Source of the DNA: Actinomycetota bacterium
GTDB taxonomy: Bacteria; Actinomycetota; Acidimicrobiia; Acidimicrobiales; Ilumatobacteraceae
DNA length: 64,000 bases
Reading direction: 5' to 3'
Assembly: GCA_041158045.1 (NCBI GenBank)
Contig: JBEBCD010000057.1
Span: 56,440 to 120,439, forward strand
Shown piece by piece: positions 36,885 through 48,560 of the stretch. Each line of letters starts with the position of its first letter. Within the stretch, counting starts at the first letter, position 1. Position numbers and translations under genes: made by a program. The notes beneath the pieces are model-generated. The model searched no databases. It had not been told where the DNA came from and saw only the letters and a program-made list of their open reading frames with translations.

Positions 36885-38008
36885 GCGCGGCCCTCGCCCC
36901 GATCGACGTCGCCGGCCGCGATGCGGCGGTGCGCGAGCGCCTCGCCGAGGTCGCGCCCGCCGTGCACGGGCTGCTCGTGACCGACCTGCACCACGTCCGC
37001 TGGCTCACGGGCTTCTCCGGCTCGGCCGGGACGCTCGTGGTGCTGCCCGACGGCATGGCCCTCGTCGTCGACGGCCGCTACGGCGACCAGGCCCGCGCGC
37101 AGGTCGCCGACGGCGGCGCGGCCTGCACCGTGCGCGAGGCGCGCACCGCCGCCGCGCTGCGCGACGAGCTCGCCGACGCCGTGCGCGGGCTCGGCCACCT
37201 GGGCTTCGACCCCGCCGAGGTGACGGTGAGCCAACACGAGTCGTGGGCGACGGCGCTCGCTCCGCGCCTCGTGCCGGCCGCCGGGGTCGTCGCGGCGCTG
37301 CGGCGCCGCAAGACCTCGCCCGAGATCGCGCGCATGGAGGCGGCGGCCCGCGCGGCCGACGCGGCCCTCGCGGAGGCCGAGCCGATGCTCGGCGCGGGCG
37401 CGACGGAGGCCGACGTGCGGGACGAGCTCGAGTACCGGATGCGCCGCCACGGTGCGGACGGTCCGAGCTACGACACGATCGTCGCGTCGGGTCCCCACGC
37501 GGCGCGACCGCACCACCGGCCCACCCGCCGGCGGATCGTCGAGGGCGACGCCGTCGTCATCGACGTGGGCGGGCTCGTGGACGGCTACCACTCGGACATG
37601 ACCCGCACCTACCTCGTCGGTGCGGTCCCACCCGAGCTGTCGGCGATGCACGCGCTCGTGGGCCGCGCGCAGCGCGACGGCCTCGCCGCGGTGCGACCGG
37701 GCGCGTCGGCGCACGACGTCGACCGCGTCTGTCGCGACCTCATCGCGGCGGAGGGACTCGGCGCCGAGTTCACCCACTCGACGGGTCACGGCGTCGGCCT
37801 GCAGATCCACGAGATGCCCTGGGTCCGCGCCGGCTCGCACGAGCCGCTCGCGGAGGGCGAGGTGGTGACCGTGGAGCCAGGGGTCTATCGTGAGGGGCTC
37901 GGCGGCGTGCGCACCGAGGACCTCGTGGTCGTCACGCGCGACGGATGCCGCCCCCTGACCCACACGCCGAAGGACCGACAGTGCCTGCCATCACGACCAA
38001 CGACCTGA
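36881..38008 (+). CDS. M24 family metallopeptidase (Xaa-Pro aminopeptidase/dipeptidase)
   Basis: 375 aa. GTGA overlap with aroQ. YDTIVASGPHAARPHH, DVGGLVDGYHSDMTRT, GHGVGLQIHE, EPGVY, RTEDLVVVT. Confidence 0.85.
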   Translation: MSAALAPIDVAGRDAAVRERLAEVAPAVHGLLVTDLHHVRWLTGFSGSAGTLVVLPDGMALVVDGRYGDQARAQVADGGAACTVREARTAAALRDELADAVRGLGHLGFDPAEVTVSQHESWATALAPRLVPAAGVVAALRRRKTSPEIARMEAAARAADAALAEAEPMLGAGATEADVRDELEYRMRRHGADGPSYDTIVASGPHAARPHHRPTRRRIVEGDAVVIDVGGLVDGYHSDMTRTYLVGAVPPELSAMHALVGRAQRDGLAAVRPGASAHDVDRVCRDLIAAEGLGAEFTHSTGHGVGLQIHEMPWVRAGSHEPLAEGEVVTVEPGVYREGLGGVRTEDLVVVTRDGCRPLTHTPKDRQCLPSRPTT

Positions 38009-38544
38009 AGAACGGGATCACCCTCGAGATCGACGGGGCGCTCTTCACCGTCGTCGAGTTCCAGCACGTCAAGCCGGGCAAGGGCGGCGCCTTCGTGCGC
38101 ACCAAGCTGCGCAACCTCCGCAACGGCAACGTCTTCGACCGTACCTTCAACGCGGGCGTGCGGGTGGAGCAGGCCATCCTCGACAAGCGGGACATGCAGT
38201 TCGTCTACAAGGACGGTGACACCTACGTCTTCATGGACACCGAGTCCTACGAGCAGACCCAGGTGCGCCCGGCGGCGCTCGGGGAGGCCGCGCACTACCT
38301 CGTCGAGGGGGGCAGCGCGATCATCGCGACCCACCGCGACGAGATCGTCTCGGTCGAGATCCCCGCGAGCGTGGAGCTCACCGTGGCCAAGACCGAGCCG
38401 GGCGTCCAGGGCGACCGCGTGTCCGGCGCGCGCAAGCCCGCCACCCTCGAGACCGGCGTGACCGTCCAGGTCCCCTTGTTCGTCGACGAGGGTGACCGCG
38501 TGCGGGTCGACACCCGCACCGGCGACTACATCACGAGGGTCTGA
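37981..38544 (+). CDS. efp: Elongation factor P
   Basis: The GTG at 37981 gives the canonical N-terminus (M)PAITTNDLKNGITLEIDG. HVKPGKGGAFVRTKLRN. The listed ATG at 37945 adds 12 non-conserved residues. Confidence 0.9.
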   Translation: MPAITTNDLKNGITLEIDGALFTVVEFQHVKPGKGGAFVRTKLRNLRNGNVFDRTFNAGVRVEQAILDKRDMQFVYKDGDTYVFMDTESYEQTQVRPAALGEAAHYLVEGGSAIIATHRDEIVSVEIPASVELTVAKTEPGVQGDRVSGARKPATLETGVTVQVPLFVDEGDRVRVDTRTGDYITRV

Positions 38545-38954
38545 TGCCCGCGGGCGGCGACCCGCGGACGGAGTCCCGGGAGCGGGCGCTGACGCTGCTC
38601 TACGAGTCGGAGGCCCGGGGGGTCTCGGTCGACGCGGTGCTCGCCGCGCGGCCCCTCGCCGGCGACGAGCTCGCCATGCGCCTCGCCCGCGGCGTGGAGG
38701 CCGCGCGCGACGAGATCGACGCGGTGATCGGCGAACACTCGCACGCCTGGACGCTCGCGCGCATGCCCGCCATCGACCGCAACGTGCTGCGCCTCGCGGT
38801 GCACGAGCTGCTGCACCGACCCGACGTGCCCGTCGGGGCGGTCATCGACGAGGCGGTCGGACTCGCCAAGCGCTTCTCGACCGATGACTCGGGGCGCTTC
38901 GTCAACGGCGTACTCTCGGCCGTGGCACGCACCCACCGGAAGAAGGGCGGCTAG
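38544..38954 (+). CDS. nusB: Transcription antitermination factor NusB
   Basis: 136 aa. RERALTLLYESE, IDRNVLRLAVHELL, VVIDEAVGLAKRFSTDDSGRFVNGVL. TGATG junction with efp. Confidence 0.9.
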   Translation: MPAGGDPRTESRERALTLLYESEARGVSVDAVLAARPLAGDELAMRLARGVEAARDEIDAVIGEHSHAWTLARMPAIDRNVLRLAVHELLHRPDVPVGAVIDEAVGLAKRFSTDDSGRFVNGVLSAVARTHRKKGG

Positions 38955-40401
38955 TACGCAGCGCTGGATCCTCGCCACGCGGGCATGGCTCGCCGCGAGG
39001 AGCGTCTGGCAGGTCGCGCTCGCGTGCGCGGTGACGCTGCACGCCACGTACTTCGCGGCCCTCACGGTCGAGGTCCACCGCGGCCTCGGGACGAGCGCCT
39101 ACGACTTCGGGCTCTACGACCAGGGCATCTGGCTGCTCTCGCGCTTCGAGTCGCCCTTCGTGACCCTCATGGGCCGCAACCTGTTCGGCGACCACACGAG
39201 CTTCATCCTCCTCGCCCTCGTCCCGCTCTACTGGATCACGTCCAACACCTCGACGCTGTTCGTCGTCCAGGCCGTCGCGATCTCGCTCGGCGCCCTGCCG
39301 GTCTACGCGGTCGCACGGAGGCGGCTCGGGAGCGAGGCCGCGGCCCTCGCGCTCGCGTGCGCGTACCTGCTGCACCCCGCGGTCGGCTGGATCGCGCTGG
39401 AGAACTACCACCCCGACTCCTTCCTCGGCCTGTTCGTCGGCGTGGCGTGCGCCGGGGCGTTGCTCGGGAGGTGGCGCTGGTACTTCGTCGGCGTCGTGCT
39501 CGCGCTGCTCGTCAAGGAGGACGCCGGACTCGTGCTCATCCCGCTCGGCGTCTGGGTCGCCGCCCGGCGCAACGTGCGCATCGGCGTCGTGACCGCGCTC
39601 TTCGCGCTGTGGTACGCGCTCGTCGCGATCTTCGGCATCCAGCGGGGCATCCTCGGGGTGCCGTTCCGCAACTCCTGGCGCTTCCCGTTCGGCGGCCCGT
39701 GGGACGCCCTCTGGTCGCCCGTCACCAGGCCGCTCGACCTCCTGCGCCACCTCGCCTCGGACGGGCGGCCCTTCTACGTCCTCCAGATGCTGGCGCCGAT
39801 GGCGCTCGTCATGGGGGCGGCGCCCGGCTTCGCCGCGGTCGCGGTGCCGGTGCTCGCGTCCAACGTCCTCAGCACGTTCTGGTACCAGTACCAGGTCGAA
39901 TACCACTACTCGCTCGTGGTCGTGCCGGTCCTCGCGATGGCGACGATCCTCGGCCTCGCCCGCATCCCCGAGCGGTGGCGCCGGGCCACCCTCGCGTCGC
40001 TCGTCGCGTCGTCGCTCGTCGCCGCGTGGGCGTGGTCGCCGCTGCCCCTCGCGCGCCACACGGTGCGCCACAACAGCCCGCGCAGCACCTACGTCCGCGA
40101 GGCGATGGAGGCCGTGGCGCGGGTGCCGGACGACGCGGTCGTCTCGGCGTTCCACCCCCTCACCGCGCACCTCGCCCGCCGGGAGCGCATCTACTCGTTC
40201 CCCGTGCCCTTCGAGCGGCGCCTCTACGGCCCGGACGTCTTCGCCGCCGGCGGGGAGCTGCCCTTCGCCGCCGAGATCGAGTACGTCGTGCTGCCGACGG
40301 AGCTCGACGGCGACGACCGCGCGGTGTGGGAGCGGGTCCGCGACCGCTTCGAGCTCGCCTTCGCCAACTCGCGCTGGATGGTCTGGGAACGCGCCGACTG
40401 A
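38884..40401 (+). CDS. DUF2079-like polytopic membrane protein (start uncertain)
   Basis: 505-aa ORF with about 12 hydrophobic segments. Blocks recalled from DUF2079 proteins: YDFGLYDQGIWLLSR, GDHTSFILLALVPLYW, LENYHPDSF, KEDAGL. The listed ATG overlaps nusB by 71 nt and has no SD or -10 upstream. The next canonical in-frame start lies inside TM1. Confidence 0.65.
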   Translation: MTRGASSTAYSRPWHAPTGRRAASTQRWILATRAWLAARSVWQVALACAVTLHATYFAALTVEVHRGLGTSAYDFGLYDQGIWLLSRFESPFVTLMGRNLFGDHTSFILLALVPLYWITSNTSTLFVVQAVAISLGALPVYAVARRRLGSEAAALALACAYLLHPAVGWIALENYHPDSFLGLFVGVACAGALLGRWRWYFVGVVLALLVKEDAGLVLIPLGVWVAARRNVRIGVVTALFALWYALVAIFGIQRGILGVPFRNSWRFPFGGPWDALWSPVTRPLDLLRHLASDGRPFYVLQMLAPMALVMGAAPGFAAVAVPVLASNVLSTFWYQYQVEYHYSLVVVPVLAMATILGLARIPERWRRATLASLVASSLVAAWAWSPLPLARHTVRHNSPRSTYVREAMEAVARVPDDAVVSAFHPLTAHLARRERIYSFPVPFERRLYGPDVFAAGGELPFAAEIEYVVLPTELDGDDRAVWERVRDRFELAFANSRWMVWERAD

Positions 40402-40407
40402 TACCCT
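40402..40407 (+). promoter_or_regulatory. -10-like hexamer TACCCT upstream of the pyrR leader (47 nt to the ATG)
   Basis: Immediately after the upstream stop. A start about 7 nt downstream would give a leader carrying the PyrR-loop-like hairpin and the SD. Confidence 0.35.
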
Positions 40408-40422
40408 GACGCGACCGTCACG

Positions 40423-40440
40423 TGGGTCCCGTGAGGCCCA
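40423..40440 (+). promoter_or_regulatory. Candidate PyrR-binding RNA hairpin in the pyrR leader
   Basis: GUGGGUCCCGUGAGGCCC. The segment GGUCCCGUGAGGCC matches the PyrR binding-loop consensus AGUCCAGAGAGGCU at about 11 of 14 positions. UGGGUC can pair with GGCCCA. It ends 3 nt before the GGAGGAG SD of pyrR. Confidence 0.5.
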
Positions 40441-40454
40441 TACGGAGGAGCGAC

Positions 40455-40988
40455 ATGGCACGTCCCGCGACCGCGCACGCCGAGGTGATGACGGCGTCCG
40501 ACGTGCAGCGCGCCATCGTGCGGATCGCCCACGAGATCGTGGAGCGCAACCACGGCCTGGATCGCCTCGCCCTCGTCGGGTTGCAGCGCGGCGGCACCTG
40601 GATCGCCGAGGCGATCGCGGAGGCCATCGCGGGCATCGACGCCGCGCGGCCCGTGCCGTGCGGGGCGCTCGACGTGAGCCTCCACCGCGACGACATCGGC
40701 CTGCGGCCCGTGTCGATCGGGGCGATCTCCCACATCCCGTTCGATCTCACCGCGGCGACCGTCGTGCTCGTCGACGACGTGCTCTTCACGGGCCGCACGG
40801 TGCGCGCGGCCCTCGAGGGGCTCAACAATTACGGCCGCCCCCGCGCGGTGCAACTCGCGGTGCTCGTCGACCGCGGCCACCGCGAGCTGCCGATCCGCCC
40901 CGACTACGTCGGCAAGAACCTGCCGACCCGCCCCGACGACGAGGTGCGGGTCGCGCCCGGTGGCGTGACGATCGAGGCCGCGCCGTGA
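40455..40988 (+). CDS. pyrR: Bifunctional pyrimidine operon regulator / uracil phosphoribosyltransferase PyrR
   Basis: ATG at 40455 preceded by GGAGGAG. IVRIAHEIVERN, LVGLQRGG, PRPP motif VVLVDDVLFTGRT. Confidence 0.9.
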   Translation: MARPATAHAEVMTASDVQRAIVRIAHEIVERNHGLDRLALVGLQRGGTWIAEAIAEAIAGIDAARPVPCGALDVSLHRDDIGLRPVSIGAISHIPFDLTAATVVLVDDVLFTGRTVRAALEGLNNYGRPRAVQLAVLVDRGHRELPIRPDYVGKNLPTRPDDEVRVAPGGVTIEAAP

Positions 40989-41920
40989 GGCACCTGCGCT
41001 CGATCCGCGAGCTCGACGTCGACACCCTCGTCGGCCTCCTGCGGCTCACCGACCACATGACGGAGATCAACGCGCGTCCGGTGCCCCGCGTGCCGGCGCT
41101 CCGCGGGCGCACGGTGGCCAGCCTCTTCTTCGAGGACTCGACGCGCACCCGGCTCTCGTTCGAGACCGCGGCCAAGCGGCTCTCCGCCGACACGATGACG
41201 TTCAACGTCTCGACGTCGAGCGTCAACAAGGGGGAGTCGCTGCGGGACACGATCGCGACGATCACCGACATGGGCGTCGACTGCTTCGTCGTGCGCCACC
41301 GGTCGGTGGGCGTGCCCTGGCAGATCGCGGGGTGGACGACCGCGAGCGTGGTCAACGCCGGGGACGGCGCGCACCAGCACCCCACCCAGGCCCTCGTCGA
41401 CTGCTACACGATCCGCGAGCGCACGCACGCGGAGCGCATGGACGGCATGCGGATCGCGATCGTGGGGGACATCAAGCACAGCCGCGTCGCGCGCAGCAAC
41501 GTCGACGCGTTCGGGATGCTGGGCGCGCGCGTGACGCTCGTGGCGCCGCCGACGCTGCTCCCCCCGGACGTCGCGCACTGGGGCGTCGACGCGACGCAGG
41601 ACCTCGACGGCCTCCTCGGCGAGGTGGACGTGCTGTACATGCTGCGCCTCCAGAGCGAGCGCATGGCGCAGGGGCACGTGCCCAGCCTCCGCGAGTACAG
41701 CGAGGGCTACGGCCTCACGCGTGCGCGCGTCGAGCGGCTGCGCGCCGACGCGATGGTGATGCACCCGGGGCCGATGAATCGCGGCGTCGAGATGCAGATC
41801 GACCCGTCGGAGCTCAAGCACAGCATGATCCACCGCCAGGTGGCCAACGGCGTCTCGGTGCGCATGGCCGTGCTCTTCGAGCTGCTCGGCGCGGGATCGC
41901 ACCTCGGGGGCCAGGCGTGA
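40985..41920 (+). CDS. pyrB: Aspartate carbamoyltransferase catalytic subunit
   Basis: GTGA overlap with pyrR. FFEDSTRTRLSFE, HQHPTQAL, HPGPMNRGVE. Confidence 0.95.
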   Translation: MRHLRSIRELDVDTLVGLLRLTDHMTEINARPVPRVPALRGRTVASLFFEDSTRTRLSFETAAKRLSADTMTFNVSTSSVNKGESLRDTIATITDMGVDCFVVRHRSVGVPWQIAGWTTASVVNAGDGAHQHPTQALVDCYTIRERTHAERMDGMRIAIVGDIKHSRVARSNVDAFGMLGARVTLVAPPTLLPPDVAHWGVDATQDLDGLLGEVDVLYMLRLQSERMAQGHVPSLREYSEGYGLTRARVERLRADAMVMHPGPMNRGVEMQIDPSELKHSMIHRQVANGVSVRMAVLFELLGAGSHLGGQA

Positions 41921-43202
41921 GCGGCGCGGTCCTGCTGCGCGGCGGCACGGTGGTGCGGCGCGACGGCGAGCGCGCGGCGGACGTGCGCGTCGAGGGCGGC
42001 GTCATCACCGACGTCGCGGCACCCGGCACCCGCCTCGAGGCCGACGTCGTGCTCGACGCCGCGGGCTGCATGGTGTCGAGCGGCTTCGTCGACCTGCACG
42101 CGCACCTGCGCGAGCCCGGCAAGGAGGAGGCCGAGACGATCGAGACGGGGAGCCGCGCGGGGGCGCTCGGCGGCTACACGGCGCTCGTCGCGATGCCCAA
42201 CACCGACCCCGCACAGGACTCCGTGGCGGTCGTGGACTTCGTGCGCGAGCAGGGCAAGCGCGCGGGCCTCGCCGAGGTGGTGCCGTCCGGCTGCATCACC
42301 GTCGGGCGTCGGGGTGAGGCCCTCGCCCCGCTCGCGGAGCTCGCCGGGGCCGGGGTGCGGATCTTCACCGACGACGGCAACGGCGTGCAGGACGCGATGC
42401 TCATGCGCCGGGCCCTCGAGTACGCGCGGGGCCTCGGCGTCACCCTCGCCCAGCACTGCGAGGTGGCCGAGCTCACCCGTGGCGCGGTCATGAACGAGTG
42501 CTCCTGCTGCACCGACCTCGGTCTGCCGGGCTGGCCCGCGATCGCCGAGGAGCTGATGGTCTTCCGCGACGTCGAGCTGGTGCGCCTCACGGGCGCGACC
42601 ATGCACTTCCTCCACCTCTCGACGGCGCGCAGCGTGGAGCTCGTGCGCGCGGCCAAGCGCGACGGCCTGCCGGTGACCGCCGAGGTGACGCCGCACCACC
42701 TGTCGCTCACGGACGACCTGCTCGCGTCCTACGACCCGGTGTACAAGGTCAACCCGCCGCTGCGCTCCCGCGAGGACATCGCCGCGCTTGTCGCGGGCGT
42801 GCGCGACGGCACGATCGACGCCGTCGCCACCGACCACGCCCCGCACCCGCGCCGGGACAAGGAGCTCGCGCTCGACGCGGCCCCGCCCGGGATGCTCGGG
42901 CTCGAGACGAGCCTCGGCGTGGTCGCCCCGCGCCTCGACCTCGGACCGCGCGAGCTGGTGCGCGTGATGTCGTGGAATCCGGCGCGCATCGCGCGCATCG
43001 ACGACCGCCACGGCCGCGAGGTGGCGCCGGGCGAGCCGGCCAACCTCGCGGTCTTCGACCTCTCGGCCGCCTGGCAGGTGGATCCGACCCGCCTCGCGAG
43101 CCGGAGCACCAACACGCCCTTCGCCGGCGTCCCGCTCGCCGGACGCGTGCGCCACACCCTCCTCGCGGGCACCCCGACGGTGCGGGACGGGTCGGCCACC
43201 CG

Positions 43203-43206
<4 letters not shown>
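41917..43206 (+). CDS. pyrC: Dihydroorotase
   Basis: GTGA overlap with pyr[27 protein letters not shown]. Confidence 0.9.
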
Positions 43207-44312
<1,106 letters not shown>

Positions 44313-44340
44313 GCCCCCCGGCGGCCGAGGGGCGCGGCTG

Positions 44341-47300
44341 ATGCCGAGGCGCACCGACCTCTCCTCGATCCTCGTGATCGGCTCCGGGCCGATCGTGATC
44401 GGTCAGGCCTGCGAGTTCGACTACTCGGGCACGCAGGCCTGCCGCGTGCTGCGCGCCGAGGGCTACCGCGTGGTGCTCGCCAACTCCAACCCCGCGACGA
44501 TCATGACCGACCCCGACTTCGCCGACCGCACCTACGTCGAGCCACTCACGGCCGACATGCTCGAGCGGATCCTCGACCGCGAGCGCCCCGACGCGGTGCT
44601 CCCGACGCTCGGCGGCCAGACGGCGCTCAACCTCGCGATGGCGCTCCACGAGCGCGGCCGCGTCGGGGTGCCCGGCACGCCCGAGCTCATCGGTGCCAAC
44701 GCCGAGGCCATCGCGACGGCGGAGGACCGCGACCGCTTCAAGCGCGCGATGCTCGAGATCGGCCTCGGCGTGCCGCGCAGCGGCATCGCCCACACGCCCG
44801 AGGAGGCCCGCGGCGTGCTCGCGGAGATCGGGCTCCCCGTCATCATCCGCCCGGCCTACATCCTCGGCGGGCGCGGCACGGGGATCGCCCACACGCCCGA
44901 GGAGTTCGAGCGCGTGGTCGCCAACGGCCTGGCGGCGAGCCCGATCTCGGAGGTGCTCATCGAGACCTCGATCGTCGGGTGGAAGGAGTACGAGCTCGAG
45001 GTGATGCGCGACCGCGCGGACAACTGCGTCATCATCTGCTCGATCGAGAACGTCGACGCCATGGGCGTCCACACGGGCGACTCCATCACGGTGGCCCCGG
45101 CCATGACGCTCTCCGACGTCGAATACCAGGCGATGCGGGACGCGGCCTTCGCCTGCATCCGACGCGTGGGGGTCGAGACCGGCGGCTCCAACGTGCAGTT
45201 CGCCGTCCACCCGCGCACCGGCGAGCAGGTCGTCATCGAGATGAACCCCCGCGTCTCGCGCTCCTCGGCGCTCGCGTCCAAGGCGACGGGCTTCCCGATC
45301 GCCAAGATCGCGGCCAAGCTCGCCGTCGGCTACGCGCTCGACGAGATCCCCAACGACATCACGCGCAAGACGCCCGCGAGCTTCGAGCCCGTCATCGACT
45401 ACGTGGTGACCAAGGTGCCGCGATGGGCGTTCGAGAAGTTCCCCGGCGTCGCCGGCGTCCTCGGCACGCAGATGCAGAGCGTGGGGGAGTCCATGGCGAT
45501 CGGACGGACCTTCGCGGAGAGCCTCCAGAAGGCGCTGCGCTCGCTCGAGATCGGGCGCGCGGGGCTCAACTGCGACCCGGGCGAGGCGCGCCACGCGGCC
45601 CTCGACGACGCGGAGCTGCGCCGCCGCGTCGCGATCCCCACGCCCGACCGCATCTTCGAGGTCGGCGAGTGTCTGCGGCGCGGCTGGCCGATCGACGAGG
45701 TCGCGCGCCTCACCCACCTCGACCCGTGGTTCCTCGACCAGATGCAGGCGATCGTCGACGAGCGCGCCGCGCTCGCCGGGGCCTCGCCCGCGACGCTCGA
45801 CCGGGCGGCGTGGCGCCGCGCCAAGCGCCTCGGCTTCTCCGACGCGCAGCTCGCGCACCTGTGGGGTGCGACGGAGGACGCGGTGCGCGCGGCGCGGCTC
45901 GCGGCGGGCGTGCGGCCGACCTACAAGGCGGTCGACACGTGCAGCGCCGAATTCGCCGCCGACACCCCGTACCTGTACTCGACCTACGAGGACGAGGACG
46001 AGGTGCGCCCGACCGAGCGGCCCAAGGTGCTCATCCTCGGCAGCGGACCCAACCGCATCGGGCAGGGCATCGAGTTCGACTACTGCTGCGTCCACGCGTG
46101 TTTCGCGCTGCGGGACGCCGGCTACGAGACGATCATGCTCAACTGCAACCCCGAGACGGTCTCGACCGACTATGACACCTCGGATCGCCTCTACTTCCAG
46201 CCGCTCACCGCCGAGGACGTGCTCGATGTGATCGAGCACGAGGGCGCCCTCGGCAGCGGCGCCCCGCGCGTCATCGTGGGGCTCGGCGGTCAGACGCCGC
46301 TCAAGCTCAGCGCCCGCATCCCCGCGGGCCTCGTGGCGGGCACCTCGCCCGCCTCCATCGACGTCGCCGAGGATCGGGAGAAGTGGGGCGCGCTGTGCGA
46401 GCGGCTCGGGATCGCCCAGCCCCCGGGCGGCACGGCCACCGGCGTCGACGAGGCGCTCGCCGTCGCCGCGCGCGTCGGCTACCCGGTGCTCGTGCGGCCG
46501 AGCTACGTGCTCGGGGGGCGCGCGATGCAGATCGTGCAGGACCCCGACCAGCTCGTGCGGGCGATGGCCGAGCTCGCGGCCGCGGGCAGCCTCGGGCGCG
46601 AGGGCGGGCTGTCGTCGGAGCGGCCCGTGCTCGTCGACCGGTTCCTCGAGGACGCGACGGAGCTCGACGTGGACGCCATCCGCGACGCCACCGGCGAGGT
46701 GCTGATCGGCGGGGTGATGGAGCACGTCGAGCAGGCGGGCGTGCACTCGGGCGACTCGGCGTGCGCGCTGCCGCCCGTCACGCTGCCGGCCGACGTCGTG
46801 CGTCGCGTCGAGGCGCACGTGCGCGACATCGCCGCCGCGCTCGACGTGGTGGGCCTCGTCAACGTCCAGTTCGCCGTCGCCGACGGCACCGTCCACGTCA
46901 TCGAGGCCAACCCCCGGGCGAGCCGCACCGTGCCCTTCGTCGCCAAGGCGACGGGCGTGCCGCTCGCCAAGGTCGCGGCGCGCGTCATGCTGGGCGCGTC
47001 GCTCGCCGACCTGCGCCGCGAGGGGCTCCTGCGCCCGCCCGCGGGGTCGGGCCACGTGTCGGTGAAGGAGGCCGTCCTGCCGTTCAACCGCTTCCCCGGC
47101 GTCGACACCGCGCTCGGCCCCGAGATGCGCTCCACGGGCGAGGTGATGGGCATCGACCGCTCGTTCGGGCGCGCCTTCGCCAAGTCCCAGATGGCCGCCG
47201 GCACCGAGCTGCCCCGTGAGGGGCTCGTCTTCGTCTCGCTCGCGGACCGGGACAAGGAGGCGGGCGTCGACGTGGCGCGCACCCTGCGCGGGCTCGGCAT

Positions 47301-47622
47301 GCGCCTCGCCGCCACGGCGGGCACGGCGGCGCACCTCGCGGCCCGCGGCTGCGCGGTGGACCTCGTCGTCGGCAAGGTCTCCGAGGGCGGCGCGGACCAC
47401 GCGGAGGAGCGGATCCGTCGCGGCGAGATCGCCCTGGTGATCAACACCCCGCGCGGCGTCGGCTCGCGGCGCGACGGCGAGGCGATCCGCAAGGCCGCCA
47501 ACGAGTGGCGCGTGCCGATCGTGACGACGATGGCGGCCGCGCGCGCCTTCGCGCTCGGGCTGCGCGAGTCGCACGAGGCGCCGCTCGACGTGCGGAGCCT
47601 GCAGGAGTACCACGCCGGGTGA
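44341..47622 (+). CDS. carB: Carbamoyl-phosphate synthase large subunit
   Basis: 1093 aa. Duplicated ATP-grasp halves ([17 protein letters not shown] and [17 protein letters not shown]). C-terminal MGS-like domain. Confidence 0.97.
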   Translation: MPRRTDLSSILVIGSGPIVIGQACEFDYSGTQACRVLRAEGYRVVLANSNPATIMTDPDFADRTYVEPLTADMLERILDRERPDAVLPTLGGQTALNLAMALHERGRVGVPGTPELIGANAEAIATAEDRDRFKRAMLEIGLGVPRSGIAHTPEEARGVLAEIGLPVIIRPAYILGGRGTGIAHTPEEFERVVANGLAASPISEVLIETSIVGWKEYELEVMRDRADNCVIICSIENVDAMGVHTGDSITVAPAMTLSDVEYQAMRDAAFACIRRVGVETGGSNVQFAVHPRTGEQVVIEMNPRVSRSSALASKATGFPIAKIAAKLAVGYALDEIPNDITRKTPASFEPVIDYVVTKVPRWAFEKFPGVAGVLGTQMQSVGESMAIGRTFAESLQKALRSLEIGRAGLNCDPGEARHAALDDAELRRRVAIPTPDRIFEVGECLRRGWPIDEVARLTHLDPWFLDQMQAIVDERAALAGASPATLDRAAWRRAKRLGFSDAQLAHLWGATEDAVRAARLAAGVRPTYKAVDTCSAEFAADTPYLYSTYEDEDEVRPTERPKVLILGSGPNRIGQGIEFDYCCVHACFALRDAGYETIMLNCNPETVSTDYDTSDRLYFQPLTAEDVLDVIEHEGALGSGAPRVIVGLGGQTPLKLSARIPAGLVAGTSPASIDVAEDREKWGALCERLGIAQPPGGTATGVDEALAVAARVGYPVLVRPSYVLGGRAMQIVQDPDQLVRAMAELAAAGSLGREGGLSSERPVLVDRFLEDATELDVDAIRDATGEVLIGGVMEHVEQAGVHSGDSACALPPVTLPADVVRRVEAHVRDIAAALDVVGLVNVQFAVADGTVHVIEANPRASRTVPFVAKATGVPLAKVAARVMLGASLADLRREGLLRPPAGSGHVSVKEAVLPFNRFPGVDTALGPEMRSTGEVMGIDRSFGRAFAKSQMAAGTELPREGLVFVSLADRDKEAGVDVARTLRGLGMRLAATAGTAAHLAARGCAVDLVVGKVSEGGADHAEERIRRGEIALVINTPRGVGSRRDGEAIRKAANEWRVPIVTTMAAARAFALGLRESHEAPLDVRSLQEYHAG

Positions 47623-48557
47623 TCCGCCGCCGCGCCGTCGCCGGGCCGCCCGCACGCGTCGGGGACGTGGTGCTCGCCTCGCCCGTGATGCTCGCCTCCG
47701 GCACGGCCGGCTACGGCGCCGAGCTCGATCCGTACGTGCGCCTCGCCTCGCTCGGCGCGATCGTCACCAAGTCGGTGGCGACGTTCGCCTGGGAGGGCAA
47801 CCCGGCGCCGCGCCTCGCGCCGGTGCGCGACGGGCTGGTCAACTCGGTGGGGCTCCAGGGCGACGGCATCGAGGCCTTCCTCGGGCGGCACCTGCCGGCG
47901 CTCGTCGCATGCGGCGCCACCGTGGTGGCGAGCATCTGGGGGCGCACCGCCGAGGACTACGCCGCGGCGGCGTCGGCGCTCGCCCCCGCCGCGTCGCGCC
48001 TCGCGGCGCTGGAGGTCAACCTCTCGTGTCCCAACCTCGGCGGTCGCCACGAGACCTTCGCCCACGACGCGGCGCTCACCGGCGCGATCGTCGCGGCGAC
48101 GAAGGCGGCGGGCCTGCCGGTGTGGGCCAAGCTGAGCCCGGCGACCGACCGGCTCGTCGCCGTCGCCGGCGCCGCCCGCGACGCGGGGGCCTCGGCGGTG
48201 ACGCTCGTCAACACCGTGCCGGCGCTCCCCGTCGACGGCGCCGCCGCATCGCCCGTGCTCGGTGCCGGGCGCGGCGGGCTGTCGGGCCGAGTGATCCACG
48301 ACGTGGCCGTGCGTTGCGTGCGCGACGTGCGCATCGCGCACCCGGGCCTGCCGATCGTTGGCGCCGGCGGCGTGGCCGACGCGCGCGACGCGCTGGACCT
48401 CATGGCGGCGGGCGCCGACGCGGTGCAGGTGGGGACGGCGACCTTCGCCGATCCCCGTGCGGCGCGACGCATCGCGCGCGATCTCGCGGCCTGGGCGGCG
48501 CGACGGGGCGTCGCCGACTGGGCCGAGGTGGCGGCGCGGGGCCTCGCGTACAGTTGA
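47619..48557 (+). CDS. pyrD: Dihydroorotate dehydrogenase, class 1 (Cys catalytic base)
   Basis: GTGA overlap with car[23 protein letters not shown] (Cys type), GGLSG, VQVGTA. No pyrK-like gene adjacent. Confidence 0.85.
   Translation: MIRRRAVAGPPARVGDVVLASPVMLASGTAGYGAELDPYVRLASLGAIVTKSVATFAWEGNPAPRLAPVRDGLVNSVGLQGDGIEAFLGRHLPALVACGATVVASIWGRTAEDYAAAASALAPAASRLAALEVNLSCPNLGGRHETFAHDAALTGAIVAATKAAGLPVWAKLSPATDRLVAVAGAARDAGASAVTLVNTVPALPVDGAAASPVLGAGRGGLSGRVIHDVAVRCVRDVRIAHPGLPIVGAGGVADARDALDLMAAGADAVQVGTATFADPRAARRIARDLAAWAARRGVADWAEVAARGLAYS
48549..48554 (+). promoter_or_regulatory. -10-like hexamer TACAGT, 6 nt upstream of mihF ATG
   Basis: Lies in the last codons of pyrD. No SD. Confidence 0.4.
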
Positions 48558-48560
48558 CCG

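Noticed and set aside
44313-44340. Small GC-rich stem (GCCCC...GGGGC) between carA and carB as a terminator, and the AGGC/GCCT stem at 55596-55605
   Set aside because: The stems are only 4-5 bp, have no U-tract and sit inside obvious operons or 10-bp gaps. They are not credible intrinsic terminators.
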